DNA of 64,000 bases from the human T2T-CHM13v2.0 reference genome, Homo sapiens: the NCBI RefSeq assembly GCF_009914755.1, contig NC_060929.1; one strand, given 5' to 3'. The position numbers were made by a program, and so were the translations under genes. The notes under the pieces were generated by a model, which worked only from the letters and a program-made list of their open reading frames with translations, was not told the DNA's origin and searched no databases. Below, piece by piece: positions 29,071 to 42,063 of the stretch. Each line of letters begins with the position of its first letter. Within the stretch, counting starts at the first letter, position 1.

Positions 29071-30399
29071 GTAATTGTTTACTTTTTCTATCATTACCTA
29101 CCGTAGGAAAAAGCAGCCTAAATAGTGATCAGAAACAACGAAAGTGTCCAAAAGTAATGTGAGTTGAGCACAGGTTATATAACTGTAGTTTCAAGAGCAA
29201 GGCCAGTTTCTGTTCCAACTTCACAGAGAAAAGCTATGGAACAATCCTTCATTTATCTTTGCTGTAAACTTTGGGCATTCTTCTTTCATCATCCTCACTT
29301 ATACTGGCAGATTCCAGGCTCTCAGAGGAGACTAGAAAATTCTAAGCCTTTAGATGTTTCTTTTGAACAAAATCACTTGTACCAAGTAGGGGCAAAAAAG
29401 TTAAAACAAAATGTTTTTTCTAATGAGGTTTCAGAGTGCAGGAAAGACACAAGGACTTCTATGGAATGGACAATTTTTGTTATAAATCTGCTTGCTGCTT
29501 TATTTCAAGAGGGCAAGGCATCTGTGAATAATGAATAATAGATTCTCTGAATGTTGAGTCATAACCCAATAATTTGATTCATATTAAAACATTTTCATAT
29601 TCACATTTGTATATTAAATATATGTATATCAATGAGTTTATAGTCAATGGCTTACGTTCAGTGAGAAATAGTTATAAATTTTTGTTAAATTTGCTGTGGC
29701 TAAGTTCTGGTCCCCAGAGGTTTTTGAATAAGAAACAAATGGTAACATTAATATTTCAAGGGCCATTAATATGCCCCCAGATTTCAATTTTGCATAAAAT
29801 TAAATTATAACAACAATTAAGCTGAACATACTTATTTTAATGGATAATAAAACTGATTGACAGTCATAAATTTTTATTTTAATACAAATCTTAAAGAGTA
29901 GCTGTTAGAAGAGGAATGTTTTGCTCTGTGAATTCAAGTAAGGCAGACACTTTGAACTGAAATTTTTTTTACAACTGATCCATTCTAGTAAGCATTTCCA
30001 TATCTGAAAACTACACGCAGCCCAGTAATCCTCAGTTTAACTTTATGATAAAAGTTTTAAAGCGATTTGTTTTTTACTTTTCAGAATCTGTGGTACTTGT
30101 TGACTGAAAAGGTGATCATTTTCTTATTGACATTTTGTCTTTGATAAACTAAGAAACTTGTTTGAGAATTTATATTTTCTCCAAGAAATGAGAGGCATCC
30201 CCATAATATGTAGAAATATATAATTTAAGGATTTTTTATTAGCCCTTATTTAAAAAAATAAAGAAAAAAGAAAACAATGCCATTCAGTGATCCAGTTTAA
30301 TTACCTTCTTTTATAAGTGAAAAACACAGTCTAGGAGAGGGAAAATATTAGTTTCTAGTTGGTAGAAAATCTAGGAATTGATTCAAAAACTTTGTATAA

Positions 30400-30726
30400 G
30401 CCGAGTGCAGTGGCTCACACCTGTCATCCCAGCATTTTGGGAGGCTGAGTTGGGAGGATCACTTGAAGCCAGGAGTTAAAAATCAGAATGGGCAACATAG
30501 CAGGCTGACCCCCATATCTGCAAAAATAAAAAAAAAAAATTGCTCTGTGGTGGTGGCATATGCTTGCAGTTCTAGCTATTCAGGGAACTGAGGCAAGAAG
30601 ATTGCTTGCATGCAGGATTTTGAAGTTACAGTGAGCCATGATCACACCGCTGAACTCCATCTTGGGTGACACATTTAGATACTGTCTTTGTAATAATAAT
30701 AATAATAATCAGAAGAAGAAGAAGAA
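30400..30726 (+). mobile_element. AluJ-like, sense, in intron 8, with (TAA)n(GAA)n tail
   Basis: Diverged Alu dimer (gggaggatcacttgaagccaggagtt; cagtgagccatgatcacacc). Confidence 0.85.
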
Positions 30727-33222
30727 CCTTTGAAATCCACAATATTACAGAGACTGAGGCCACCCTTCCCAAGAATTCCCTAAAGACTGAAATATGCCAG
30801 GGTGCATACCACAGGATAAAACATTTTAAGAAAGTAGTTGAGTCCCAAAATTCTTCCTTTGACTTAATAATATATTCTTTATGTATCTGTAGTTTGAAAG
30901 GTTACCAAAATATAAATTTTGTAACAAAATATCCTAGTCTGCAGACTTGCTCCACAATGTTAAAACCATTTTTTGTCATGATAAATTCCAAATGTTTCTG
31001 AGAATTTTTTCATATTAGTAGAAATAAGTGATTCTGTTACAAGGTATCCGTATGCATATAAGTATATAATCTATATATTGTCCATAGGTCATCTATATAT
31101 TAATATATGTCTATAAATGAAAAAAGTGCTTATCAGGATTCAGCTTACCAGTTTCTTATTTGAGTAAAGTAGTAAGAGTGAAAAAAAAAAAGATCGTCAA
31201 AAACAGAAAAAAAAGGATCCATTTTGAATATGCTCATAGATCAGATATTGAAATAAAAACAAAGACCAATTTTTTGCTTTACCTTTTTTGAAATATGCAG
31301 TACTGAGAAGAGGATGATTTCAAATCCTTGGAGAAAACGTAATCACCCCCTCAGGCTATTATTTTAAAGATATAATTTATTAATTTAAGATGGAATTTAA
31401 GATCTCAGGTTTTGATATAAACTGTCTCCTATAAACCTAAAATAGTAACATATAATGAGTAGGTCCTCTGGGAAGCTAGATTTTAAAAAATGGTATGTAA
31501 ATTATCTCCAAGTACTTTTTTCCTGCAGGTAGCATTTATTTTTTCTTGTGAAAAATTATATTTCTGAACCTGGTTTTACTTAAAATGTTTTAAAGCAACA
31601 CATAGGGAAATTTTGATTCTAAAAGGCTGAAGTGTAAAAATAAACATAAAAACAACAATGACCAAATCAAACAATGTAAACCTTGAAGGTATCAAAACTA
31701 AATATAGGTGATTACATAGGACATTTGCATTACATTTGTTCGTGTCAAACCTTGGCAAGTTGTCTTATATGATATAGAGGAACAAACATAAATTACACAT
31801 TTGCAATTTATACTACACAATGGTATATTTTGATTGCAAGACATTTTCTCCCAAATACCATGATATTTAAAAATATCTATTCAGTTGTAATCAAAACAAC
31901 ATTATTTGAATAAGTTTGACATTGAAACAGCAAACTAATGTGGTGAAGTTGAAATGAAATTAAGTGCTTGGATATTTCATGTGATTCTATGTTGTATATT
32001 TTAATATGTTCATTGCTTTTCACAAGAAACTACTTACAGTGAATGTGGGTAAAAATTTATTCATTTTATCACTTTGATTCTGACCTTAAAACATGATAGT
32101 AATGGAGAAACTCAAGCATTTAAAATCTAGATCTCAAACCCAAAAAGGCACCTTAAAGCTAAATCTTCAGAAATGCTCTATAGACTAATTATCTTTCTGT
32201 TTTTAAGACATATGGAATTGGATATTTTATTTTTTATTATTTATTTCTGGAAAAGAAATTGTCAACAGTGTTTTTCCCGCTTATATGGTGATTTTTTCTT
32301 ATTGTTTTTATCTAGCATGCTACCTTAATATTAGAGAGTTACTTATATCTTCATGAGTTTCAGAGCCTATTAACATGTCTGGAGTATACCTGTACCTATA
32401 CTGTGTGTAAGACCAACTTTGGTCCTTGATTTGTTTTTGCATAGTTTGCTAGTTTCCTTGTTATTTTAAAGGCCTAAGCCCTTATCACTATGTTCCTGAC
32501 AGTCAATCACTCACCCATTCCATCTGCAATCCTTTGAGCAGTGTCATTACTCTCAATGTAGCTTCTCTTCTTTACATGGGTGTGATGCCTTTTGTAAATT
32601 ATATAACATAAAATTAACCAAAATTTCATTAGTCAGGACAATTACTATATTTATGTTGATTGCATTATTTATTCATTTCTTTTTTTTTCTTTCCATCTGG
32701 CACCTATTTATTCACTATTTATGCATTCGTTGAATTATTCATACCATATATATTTGATAAGTGCCTTTATGTGCCAGGCCTTTTGTAGAGTGCTGAGGAT
32801 ATATTAGTGAGTGATATCAGAGGGCCTCTTCCCTCATGGAGCTTCTTGTCCAGCAGGAAGTGAGAGAGATCAATGAGCCTTAATAATACCTTGGAATAAA
32901 GTCCGTCATTAGAGATGTATAGTGAGCTGCAGAAGAGCCATGCAAAAGTGTCTAACTCAGTCTGGAGAGGTTTTCGTTTCTAGCAGAGTGATGTCTAAGC
33001 TAAGAACAAAAAAGAAATTAGCCTGGCTCTGTGCTAGAAACTCTAAACCAGTTGCTACAAACTTGGGCATAGAGAGGGAAATAAGTTATATACCCTTCCT
33101 GTGCTCCTTTTTAAGGTGGTAAGGTGCACTGGGCCATTACCATGCTGCTTTCATCTATGTAGAGAGATGTGAAGAATAGAATACTGAAAGGTTTACCTTG
33201 CCTACTCCAAATATTGCACAGA

Positions 33223-33273
33223 TTTTTTTTTTTTTTTTTGAAACGGAGTCTTGCTCTGTCGCCCAGGCTGGAG
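33223..33273 (-). mobile_element. Extremely 5'-truncated Alu (~34 nt plus poly-A)
   Basis: T17 + gaaacggagtcttgctctgtcgcccaggctggag, flanked by gattttttt on both sides. Confidence 0.8.
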
Positions 33274-34412
33274 CTGATTTTTTTTGAGTACTGTCATTCC
33301 TCCCTACAATTAAGGACTGAATTAAGACCATTAAAGACTCTATGTGCCAGAAAGATCACAGTGCCCTTCTTGGTTGTGCCATTGTATGATTTATGGGGAA
33401 GGCAGGATGGATTAGACGAGGGTTGTAGGTGGTTAGCCCCTTCCCCATACCTTCTATCAAATCCCCACCCAATATTTTATTATGAACTCTCCAAACATTC
33501 TGATATGTTTTCTAGAGATGTTCCCTAGCACCGTGGATCAATTATTCAATATATTGCTGCCAATAAGCTGTGTGTCTGTAGAAATTCTGGAGTTGTGTCT
33601 GTTTTCAACTCTACCAGCTGAAACACAAACACAGGAAAACCCAACAGAGTTCTAATTTTCCCCATAACGATTAATATGATGACTTTTGCAAACTATCAAT
33701 ACTGTTTTCAAAAAAATATTTTCTCTCATCTGTGTTGTCCCTCTTTGCTCTTTCTAAAAACAAATGCTTGGTTGATCCCTTCAGTAAGGCAGCCCTGGTT
33801 AGAATATCGTTTTAAATGGTGGGGGTGATAGGTTACCTCTCAGACCTACTGAGACTCATTGAATTACATATAAAAATCTGTCTAAATACTTCCTAAACAT
33901 CTTTTCCCTCTATCAAATAGTTGATTGTCATAAAGTCCAGTTTGACTTAAAGTACCTTTGCAATATGACATTACTTGAAACAAAGCAGCGCTCTATAAAT
34001 ACCTAAAGCAGGATGGCACTCAGCAGCAGGGGAGCCCTGCAAAAATTCAAAACCACAGGCGTTCCACTCAAAACAGTGACAGCCCCAAGCTGAGCCCTCA
34101 TCTGGACTCTGACAAAAGCCTATTTTACCATCAGCTGAAGCTGCTATGCTTACAATAGAGCAGGAAGGGACTGAAGCAAACCTGTAGCTTAAACGGCTCA
34201 CAAAATTTGCTTTCTTTTCATTTCAGAAATTCAGCGTGTTCCTTCTAAACTGATGTCCAATCTCCTTGTTCTGTCAATTGCCAGTTATTTAGCAGCTGAT
34301 TATCCAGATGTAGAGTAGCCAGGCCTCTCGCATTTCCTTTAGCCTATCATATTTGCTGCCTGTAGAAATTTCCCCAATCACTCCCGGGCAGTGGGACACT
34401 TGTGACTCTAAG

Positions 34413-34605
34413 CCAGTGATTTCCTATGGGGAGCTATTTCCCCCAAGAGACATTGGGCAATGTCTGGAGATACAACTTGAGGTGGAGGTGGCTAATGGTA
34501 TCATGTTGGTAGAGGCCAGGGATGCTGCTCTACATCCCAGGACACAGAGGATGGTCCTCCATAACAAAGAGTGATTGGCCCCAAAAGATCAGTAGTTCTG
34601 AGCTT
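34413..34605 (+). mobile_element. MER20
   Basis: gacattgggcaatgtctggagatac...gtagaggccagggatgctgct...ataacaaagagtgattggcccc. Confidence 0.75.
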
Positions 34606-36427
34606 CAGACACTGTGCCCAAAACGCTAAAGCTGATAGGAAGAATAGCATAATAATTGTTAAGAGCGCGGTCTGTGGCATCAGAGGGAAATTGAATTCAG
34701 GTCCTGCCACTCATTATCTTTGTGAGCTTCCTGCTTAAGCCTACGTTTGCTCATCTATCAAATGAAGATAATATGACATTGTGGATTTTTTGAAGAAATT
34801 CGTGAAATAATATTTGAAAATTGCCTTGTAATGCTAGTCAACAATAAACATTTAGAACCGGTACTTATAATGTAATATAAAAGTGCATTAAAATACAATG
34901 TAACATAATCATAAAACTTTTCATCCCCCTCTTTGCCTACTTCCTCCAACAAATCTTGGGAAATGTTTAGATTTTTTTCATTTGTTGATTCGGCATTTGT
35001 TTATTAAAGAAATACTGTGTTTTAAATACTTGCTAGGCACTGTGGAATGCTCATACATATGAATAATGTGCCTTCTACCATTAAAGAGTTTCCATGCTAG
35101 GAAAGGAGATAAGCCACAACAAAAATAATTATACCTACAAAACAGAAAATAAGAATATCTACAAGAGTCATAATAACTAGGCAGAAAAACGCATAAGGCT
35201 GGAGAAATCAGTGATGGTAGGTGTTAATGAGTTTGGTAGCAAAAGATATGAGGGAAAGATAAAAATGGGTGGCAGGTGGATGTTATTTCAGACAAAGAAG
35301 AAATAAAGATAGGTGAGTGGTGAGAATGAGAAGCAGACATATTTTGAAAATGATTTAAAAAATAGATATAGCTAAGATTCCTGAGCAAAAAAATATGTAC
35401 ATATGTATATTTGTATATATATACACATATATATGTTTGTGTATATATCTTTAAATCATGCCTTTTTCTTAAATTCTTAAAAACATAGGAAAAAAGTTAC
35501 TTGTTAAGTAATATTTGTCCCTACCTTCACAGAAACTTGAAGCTGAGAGAGAATTAGAGCCTATGGCACCTAGGAGGTGTTTAAATTATATTGCACGCAA
35601 TTAGTAGCTATGAAACTGTAATCTAGGGATTTCCAACTCTCCTTGTTCTCTTAACTCCTAGAAAACCCTCCACAGAGATTGTTTGGGGAAGTAGATGAGG
35701 CAAAAGGGAATGCTAATGTAGGAAATCTTTAATTTCAATATAATTTAATTTTAATTTTTTAATTTAGGTAAAATTACAGTATCCATTTTACTACAAATTT
35801 TTTGTGGTGTTTGGTTCTGAATGGTACTTCTGACTTCCGGACCATAATTATTTGGGAATCCTCATTCAGTCTTTTGTGACATTGTGACAATGCACAGATT
35901 CACAAATGACTGCCCCCACCACATCTCTAAAAAACGGGGAGAATAAGCAAGGCTTTACATTTTTATGGTATTTAATGTTTTATAATCACTGCTTTATTCC
36001 AAACAACTAGGCATGTCTTCCCTCTTTCTACCTAAAATAGAAAGAAAAACATGTTTCAGACAGATAATGCATGCTGTTAAAAGTCAAAATGAGTGTAGAA
36101 AGAAAATCTGCTCTGAAGGCTGGCTTCTTTCTACTCTATCATGATTCTCATAAATGTTTGCTAGAGGAAAGTATTTTAGTGTTCCATATGTGGGAGGAGG
36201 ATGGCTCTTTTTAGAGGGTGAAACAGTGACACCTTTTGCTCTTTCAGGTAGAGAATATTTTAATACTATATTTAATAGGTGAAAATTTAGAGTCTGAGAA
36301 ACATGATAGAAAATTCTTGAAAATGGTTCTGTGTTCTCTAGGAGAGGCAGCATGCACTGAGACAGTTACTCTGCTTCTATCCACACACAGCCTGGTGATC
36401 CTGGGCATAGTAGTCCTCAGCTGTCAT

Positions 36428-36632
36428 CTTTTTTTTTTTTTTTTTTTAATGCAGTCTTGCTCTGTCCCCAGGCTGAAGTGCAGTGGCCACCATACCAGCT
36501 AATTTTTGTATTTCTAATAGAGACGGGGTTTCACCGTGTTGGCCAGGCTGGTCTTGAACTCCTGATGTTGTGATCCACCCACCTCCGCCTCCCAAAGCTG
36601 GGATTACAAGCATCAGCCACCATGCACAGCCC
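36428..36632 (-). mobile_element. AluS, antisense, with internal deletion
   Basis: Reverse Alu that jumps from gtgcagtggc to caccataccagctaatt at 36487/36488. Confidence 0.85.
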
Positions 36633-38369
36633 ATCTATTTTTAATAGAAAGTTTCCCTCATCTCCTCTTCAAGAGCAGCATACTAGCCCTTCTAATATCT
36701 TAAACTCTCTTCTACCTCTAAGACCTATGACTAATTTAATTCTGTCCAGAGTACCACAGTACTGGGCCAATAGATAATAAGAAAGATAGCCCTTGCTTGG
36801 AATTCACTGTGGTTTTTTCAAATCAAATCTTGACTACACCATTTGTTTTTGCTTTTGGTAAAGAAACACATTTCTCCATGGCCCCTAAAAACAGTGAATT
36901 TAAGCTCTCTGCAATAACTATTATTATTTAGATACCCAGTAAGTTTCATGGCAAATCAAACAGCAAAATCAAGAGGGGAATATAGAAAAGAAGTTTTGGG
37001 AGTTGTTGTCCCTTTAGTCCAAATGTCACCACATCGGCAGGTCATTTTGGTCCTGTGGCTCAACCAGCACAGGGGAGGAAGCTGTCTTATACTGTTGCCG
37101 CAGTGTTGCTGGCTAAAGCCACGGGAGTTTGCCCACGTGGGTCACATACCCTGCCAGGCAGCAAAGTGGTGATTTTGCTGCCAGCAAGGAAACAAGGCCA
37201 TTTTACAATATCAGGGGTAATGCACAGCAAGTGTTTGAAGGCAGAGGCCCAGCAAAGACAAGCTAGCCACAAGGAGGGTGTTTGTTACAGGATGCAGACA
37301 AGAAAAGATAGGAATCAGAGGAGGGCCCCCTAGACACCAACGGCATGAAAGGAATCTAAATCAAACAGAATCAGAGTCTCTGAACTAGGCCCAATACTTT
37401 AGAATAAAGATGAGAAAAATGTTGGAATGAAACAGGCACTGAAATTGACCATTGGAGTTTATTGCTAGCCCTGCCATCATGGAGAAGGCATTTCCCCTAT
37501 CTGGACCCTAGCCTCACTTGCCAGTGATTGTGTTAAACATCCCATTCAAGACTATAGTTGATTGTGTCATGATTTCAGTGAGACAGGAGGTTTAGAGATA
37601 GAAAGGAGCATATAACAAGTCTGAGTTTAGTAAATGAATCATTTTTAGTGACTGAAGATAGAGAAAGACCAGTTAGAAAGTTCTGAGCGGGAAGTAAGGA
37701 GTGTACAATATAGAAATTCTGAGCTAAGAGGCAGCTATATTTCAAGGTATGAACAGTCATCCTACTCAATGTAAGGATATTTATTCTTTGTCACTGGCCT
37801 TTGGCATACATAGGCTAATTTTATTTATTTTTTAAATCCTTAAATCATAGCTGATTCAAGCTTATGAGTGTGCAAAGATGAGAACGTAGGCTGGGAATGT
37901 GTACAGAAGAATGGCGTCAATAAACCAGGCTGTAATTTTTTTGTACTAATTGTCCACATATTCCAAATTGGAATTCACCCCTCCTCCCAATACACACTAT
38001 TGCCCAAACCCATTGCCCTACAGACTAATGCACAACCAGGAGTGGCTAGGCCTCTGCAACCTGGCTCGTCTTTCCCTAAGGATACAATGCTTACCGTAGT
38101 TCTATGACATGAAACATGCTTTGTGTTGTTTGCTGATGTATTGAGTAATAGAATGTCAGATGGAAGCAAGTAAATTATTTTACAATGTATTTTAAGCCTT
38201 ACTTGGAAAAGTAACACCAACAAATACTATTAAGAATTCATTGATGTTTGACCTTACATAGAAAGTAAGTCGTCCATAAATATTTGTCAATGGTGAAAGA
38301 GTGAATAAATAAGCAATTAAGCAATATCTATTCTTTCATTTGGGCTTAATATTTGTCTTTTTTCCACAG

Positions 38370-38645
38370 CATCCTGACTCCAAATATCATCTGAAGAAAA
38401 GGATCACTTCTCTGTCTTTGCCAATAGTTTCATCTTCCGAGGCCAATAAAGTGCTCACGAGAGCGCCCATCTTACAATCAACACCTGTCACACCCCCACC
38501 ACTCTCGCCAGCCTTTGGAGGCACCAGTAAAATAGACCAGTATTCTCGAATTCTCTTCCCAGTTGCATTTGCAGGATTCAACCTTGTGTACTGGGTAGTT
38601 TATCTTTCCAAAGATACAATGGAAGTGAGTAGCAGTGTTGAATAG
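38370..38645 (+). CDS. GABRA6: GABRA6 coding exon 9 (M3-M4 loop, M4, C-terminus ...[10 protein letters not shown])
   Basis: ccacag| acceptor; [27 protein letters not shown]; 276 nt. All nine exons total 1362 nt = 453 aa + TAG. Confidence 0.98.
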   Translation, partial: HPDSKYHLKKRITSLSLPIVSSSEANKVLTRAPILQSTPVTPPPLSPAFGGTSKIDQYSRILFPVAFAGFNLVYWVVYLSKDTMEVSSSVE

Positions 38646-39201
38646 CTTGCGGCCAGGACAACCTGAATTCTATAAGTTCTTGTTTTCTGTTTCCTATGTT
38701 TTCTTAAAAAATAGCATTGAGACTTGTGTAGATGCTTCTCAGAACATGAAATCAAATTGGAAATCTGTAACGCAGCTTCTGTAAGCATGTGTGGGCAAAA
38801 AAGCAATAATCCTACTCCTCAAAATAGAAAGTTGAAGATTGCTGAAAAATATGACTTTTCTGTATGTTAGAGAAAAACTTTATGAGGATGAAATGGGTTC
38901 AAGATGAATTTGTCAACTTTTGTCTTCCATTGTTCAGTATTTTTAATTGTCACTGTAAATAACATTTACCACAAGGCAGATAAAATAAGAAATGCTGACA
39001 CTTCCAAAGGTTGCCTTAAAATATGTTTATTTTGGCTTAGTTCCCGAGAGGGCAAAATATAAATACAGTCTAAATATTTATCAGTAGGTTAATACCAGCA
39101 TGTTGGAGGCCTTTATGCTAGTAAAATGGCTTTCAGTGGCATTGTAAAGCCTACATTGAGCTTAGCCATTTGTTTTTAACCTCGCTGTGCTCTTTTACCT
39201 C

Positions 39202-39207
39202 AATAAA
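39202..39207 (+). terminator. GABRA6: Candidate proximal poly(A) signal AATAAA
   Basis: AATAAA in the 3' UTR next to GT-rich sequence. Confidence 0.4.
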
Positions 39208-39443
39208 ATGTGGTGTTTGTATACATATAAATTATACATAGCTCATAAATTATGTATGCATATGTACATAGCTGTAGTTGGACTAAAATTCAGTGTGTTT
39301 TATCCTACTAAATTCTCCTTTTAAAATAATACACTTACCATAATTCTATGAGGTTGTAGAAAAAAGTACTCATTATAAGGAAGCCTTGTATATTATGACT
39401 ATGGTTATCTCTTGTGTTTTCCACATTTCCAATTATAACACTA

Positions 39444-39460
39444 AATAAAACAACAATAAA
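39444..39460 (+). terminator. GABRA6: Tandem AATAAA poly(A) signals, likely the main 3' end
   Basis: AATAAA at 39444 and 39455 with downstream U/GU-rich sequence; gives a ~0.8 kb 3' UTR. Confidence 0.6.
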
Positions 39461-41744
39461 CATGGTTCTCTGGATCTGTCTCATACAACTAGAGAGAAAC
39501 CTTCTTTAGGTGTGAAGAAGTGAAGTGGTTACCTCTACCCCAATGTTATTGCCCCTGGTGAGAGGTAGGAGAAATGGGACAACCAGGCTCAGTTACCTAG
39601 TGCTGATAAAAGATTTGAATTTATATTCAAATAGTTAATCTTTCCTCTATTCCTGCTCAATCAACAATGAAAAATGAATAAGACTACTCTTCTCCCTTTC
39701 CGTTACTCCCGTTCTTTCCTGATGCTTCACTCTAACAGTATTTCTCCCACACAGAATTCTTATAGGGAAGTAGGAACTAAGAGTAGGAGAAAGCATGTGG
39801 TGTGATTTGTTGAAATGGACAAACCCCTCATTAGATGTTCCTGGGTCTTAAACATCATAGAGATCACCTTGAGACCAGAACCCAGAAAAAAAAATTTGAA
39901 TACTACTACTCTCTTATTTTTACCCAGAAAAATGCAAACATACTACAGCTAAACAACTTGAAGTTTAATTGAAACAGCACTCTACTAAGTGTGAGGAGAC
40001 TGAGGTCTCTGTGCAACTTCTGTATCATTTAGCTCCTTGGCCCAATATCTTTGTTTTGGGGAGACTCAGCTTTATTCTCATCTATAGAATGAGGGAGCTG
40101 ATTAGATGCTCTTCAAAGACCCTTTCATTTTGAACCATGTACGTTTGTTTCATAATTATTATTTTCTGTCTAAATAAAATTGGTATAATTATACAGGGTA
40201 TATTAAATAATTAAATGTCAGGTGGGTGTTAATCATCTTATATGCTAGGTCTCATTTAATCTACCTCACAAACCTGTAAAGAATATACTGCTATTATCTC
40301 CATTTAAAGATGAAGAAACTAAGGCTCAAAGAAGATGAATAATTTTGTTCAAAATCAAAGAGCACTCAAGTGCTATAGCTGATAATCAAACCCAAGCGAT
40401 GTGAATCCCTAGCTTTTTCATTTAACCATACCTATACATGTCCTCATCTAATATGATATGACCCTATTCTTTTATCCCTTCTTCTATTCTCTAGCATTGT
40501 TTCACTTGTATGCCACTTTTTGTAATAATTGTCCTGGGGTTCTGACATCACCTGTGCCCCTCCTCAACATTCATTCTACATCTCACTCATTACGCTCAGT
40601 CAGCATTTATGCTTAGAGCTGGAACAGATAGATAAAATCAAGTAAATAATTATAGACCTTATGTTCCTCCCCTACGAAGGGATCTTTCAAGAACAAAACT
40701 TTATACAATTATAAAACTTTCAAATTCTCAGGATTCCAGAGAATGCTGTTTCTCAATGTATGTCATGGGATGGTAATAGTGGTTAAGTGAAAATAAAACA
40801 GTTTCCTTAGTTAAAAAACTGGAGGAGAGATGTTGAGTCAAGGTGAGACAAATGTCTTTTCTGCTGGACTTCTCACAGCCATGATGATACTTATGTGCAC
40901 TATAAATCTCTAATACTGTAACATTTCCCAAATTCATATAACTCTAAGTATCATTTTGCACGGAGGAAATCCTGGGAGTGGCATTTTCCAGAAAACAATT
41001 TAGAAAACACCACATAAGATTCTATTTATTCTATTCCCTCTGAGGAGGGGCTCATCAGAGCAAAGTCTCAGATCTCTGTGGTTTGTCCATGGCTGCTGAA
41101 ATCTCAGGAGCCTGAAGGAGAACAATTGTATATTTGGGCTCAGCTTCTTGAAGAAGGGCTGCTTGGCTGAAACTGTTAACTCTGGGAGGACACAATGAGG
41201 CTGGTTCTGGGAATGCAAAAAACTGGAGACTGAAACCAACTGTTGTCACAAGGTGAAAGGTAACATCGAGAGAAAAAGCAAGTCAATGAAAGAGATAAAA
41301 TTCCTTTCCTTTTCCTCCTGTCTTTCTGTCTCACTCCTCTGCTATCAGCAGAACCTCACAGAAATCCTTGTGTCAGAGAAAAAATGAAAAGTACAGAGTT
41401 CCAGCCCAGGCATCAAGAAATAGAGTATAGAGGTTGGATATAGAGCTGACAGATAATTGCTTACTCACTAGCACAGCTTGCCCCTTTGTTTATTCAGTAC
41501 CATACACACACTTTTGTATATATTAATATTTATACTGTTTCACAGCAATAAGATGCAAGTATCCTTCATACAAACAAATATGCTCTCATCATTTGTCCAA
41601 AAAGGAGGTACACAAAAATCCCAACAGTTACAGTATCCATCTCTAGGCAATCATCACATCTATTTCTGAGTGATGCTATTTACTCTTTGACAACCACAGT
41701 CCCACCAGAATATTCTGTTTCCTAAAGACTCAATTACAAAATAT

Positions 41745-42063
41745 TGTATTAGTCTGTTCACATGCTGCTAATAAAGGCATATCATAGACTGAGTAATTTA
41801 TAAAGGAAAGAGATTTAATTGACTCACAGTACCACATGGCTGGAGGGCCTCCCAATCATGGTGGAAGATCAAGGGACATCTTCCATGGCAGCAGGCAAAC
41901 TGTCAGATCTCATGAGATTTACTCACTATCATGAAAACAGCACAGGAAAGACCTGCCCCCATAATTAAATTACCTCCCACCAAGTCCCTCCCACAACACG
42001 TGGGAATTATGGGAGCTACAATTCAAGAACAGATTTGGGAGGGGACACAGACAAACTGTATAA
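41745..42063 (-). mobile_element. THE1 solo LTR (MaLR)
   Basis: tgtattagtctgtt..catgctgctaataaag...gggaattatgggagctacaattcaaga; 5-bp TSD aatat at 41740 and 42064. Confidence 0.88.

Noticed and set aside
28627-29106. 159-aa ORF extending exon 8 with hydrophobic flanks (possible alternative M4-like tail [11 protein letters not shown])
   Set aside because: The flanks are T-rich intron read in frame; canonical splice sites at 28811 and 29070 give the exact 453-aa protein, and the tail is too short for a TM helix
33524-33540. RE1-like tagcaccgtggatc in intron 8
   Set aside because: Too many mismatches in both half-sites
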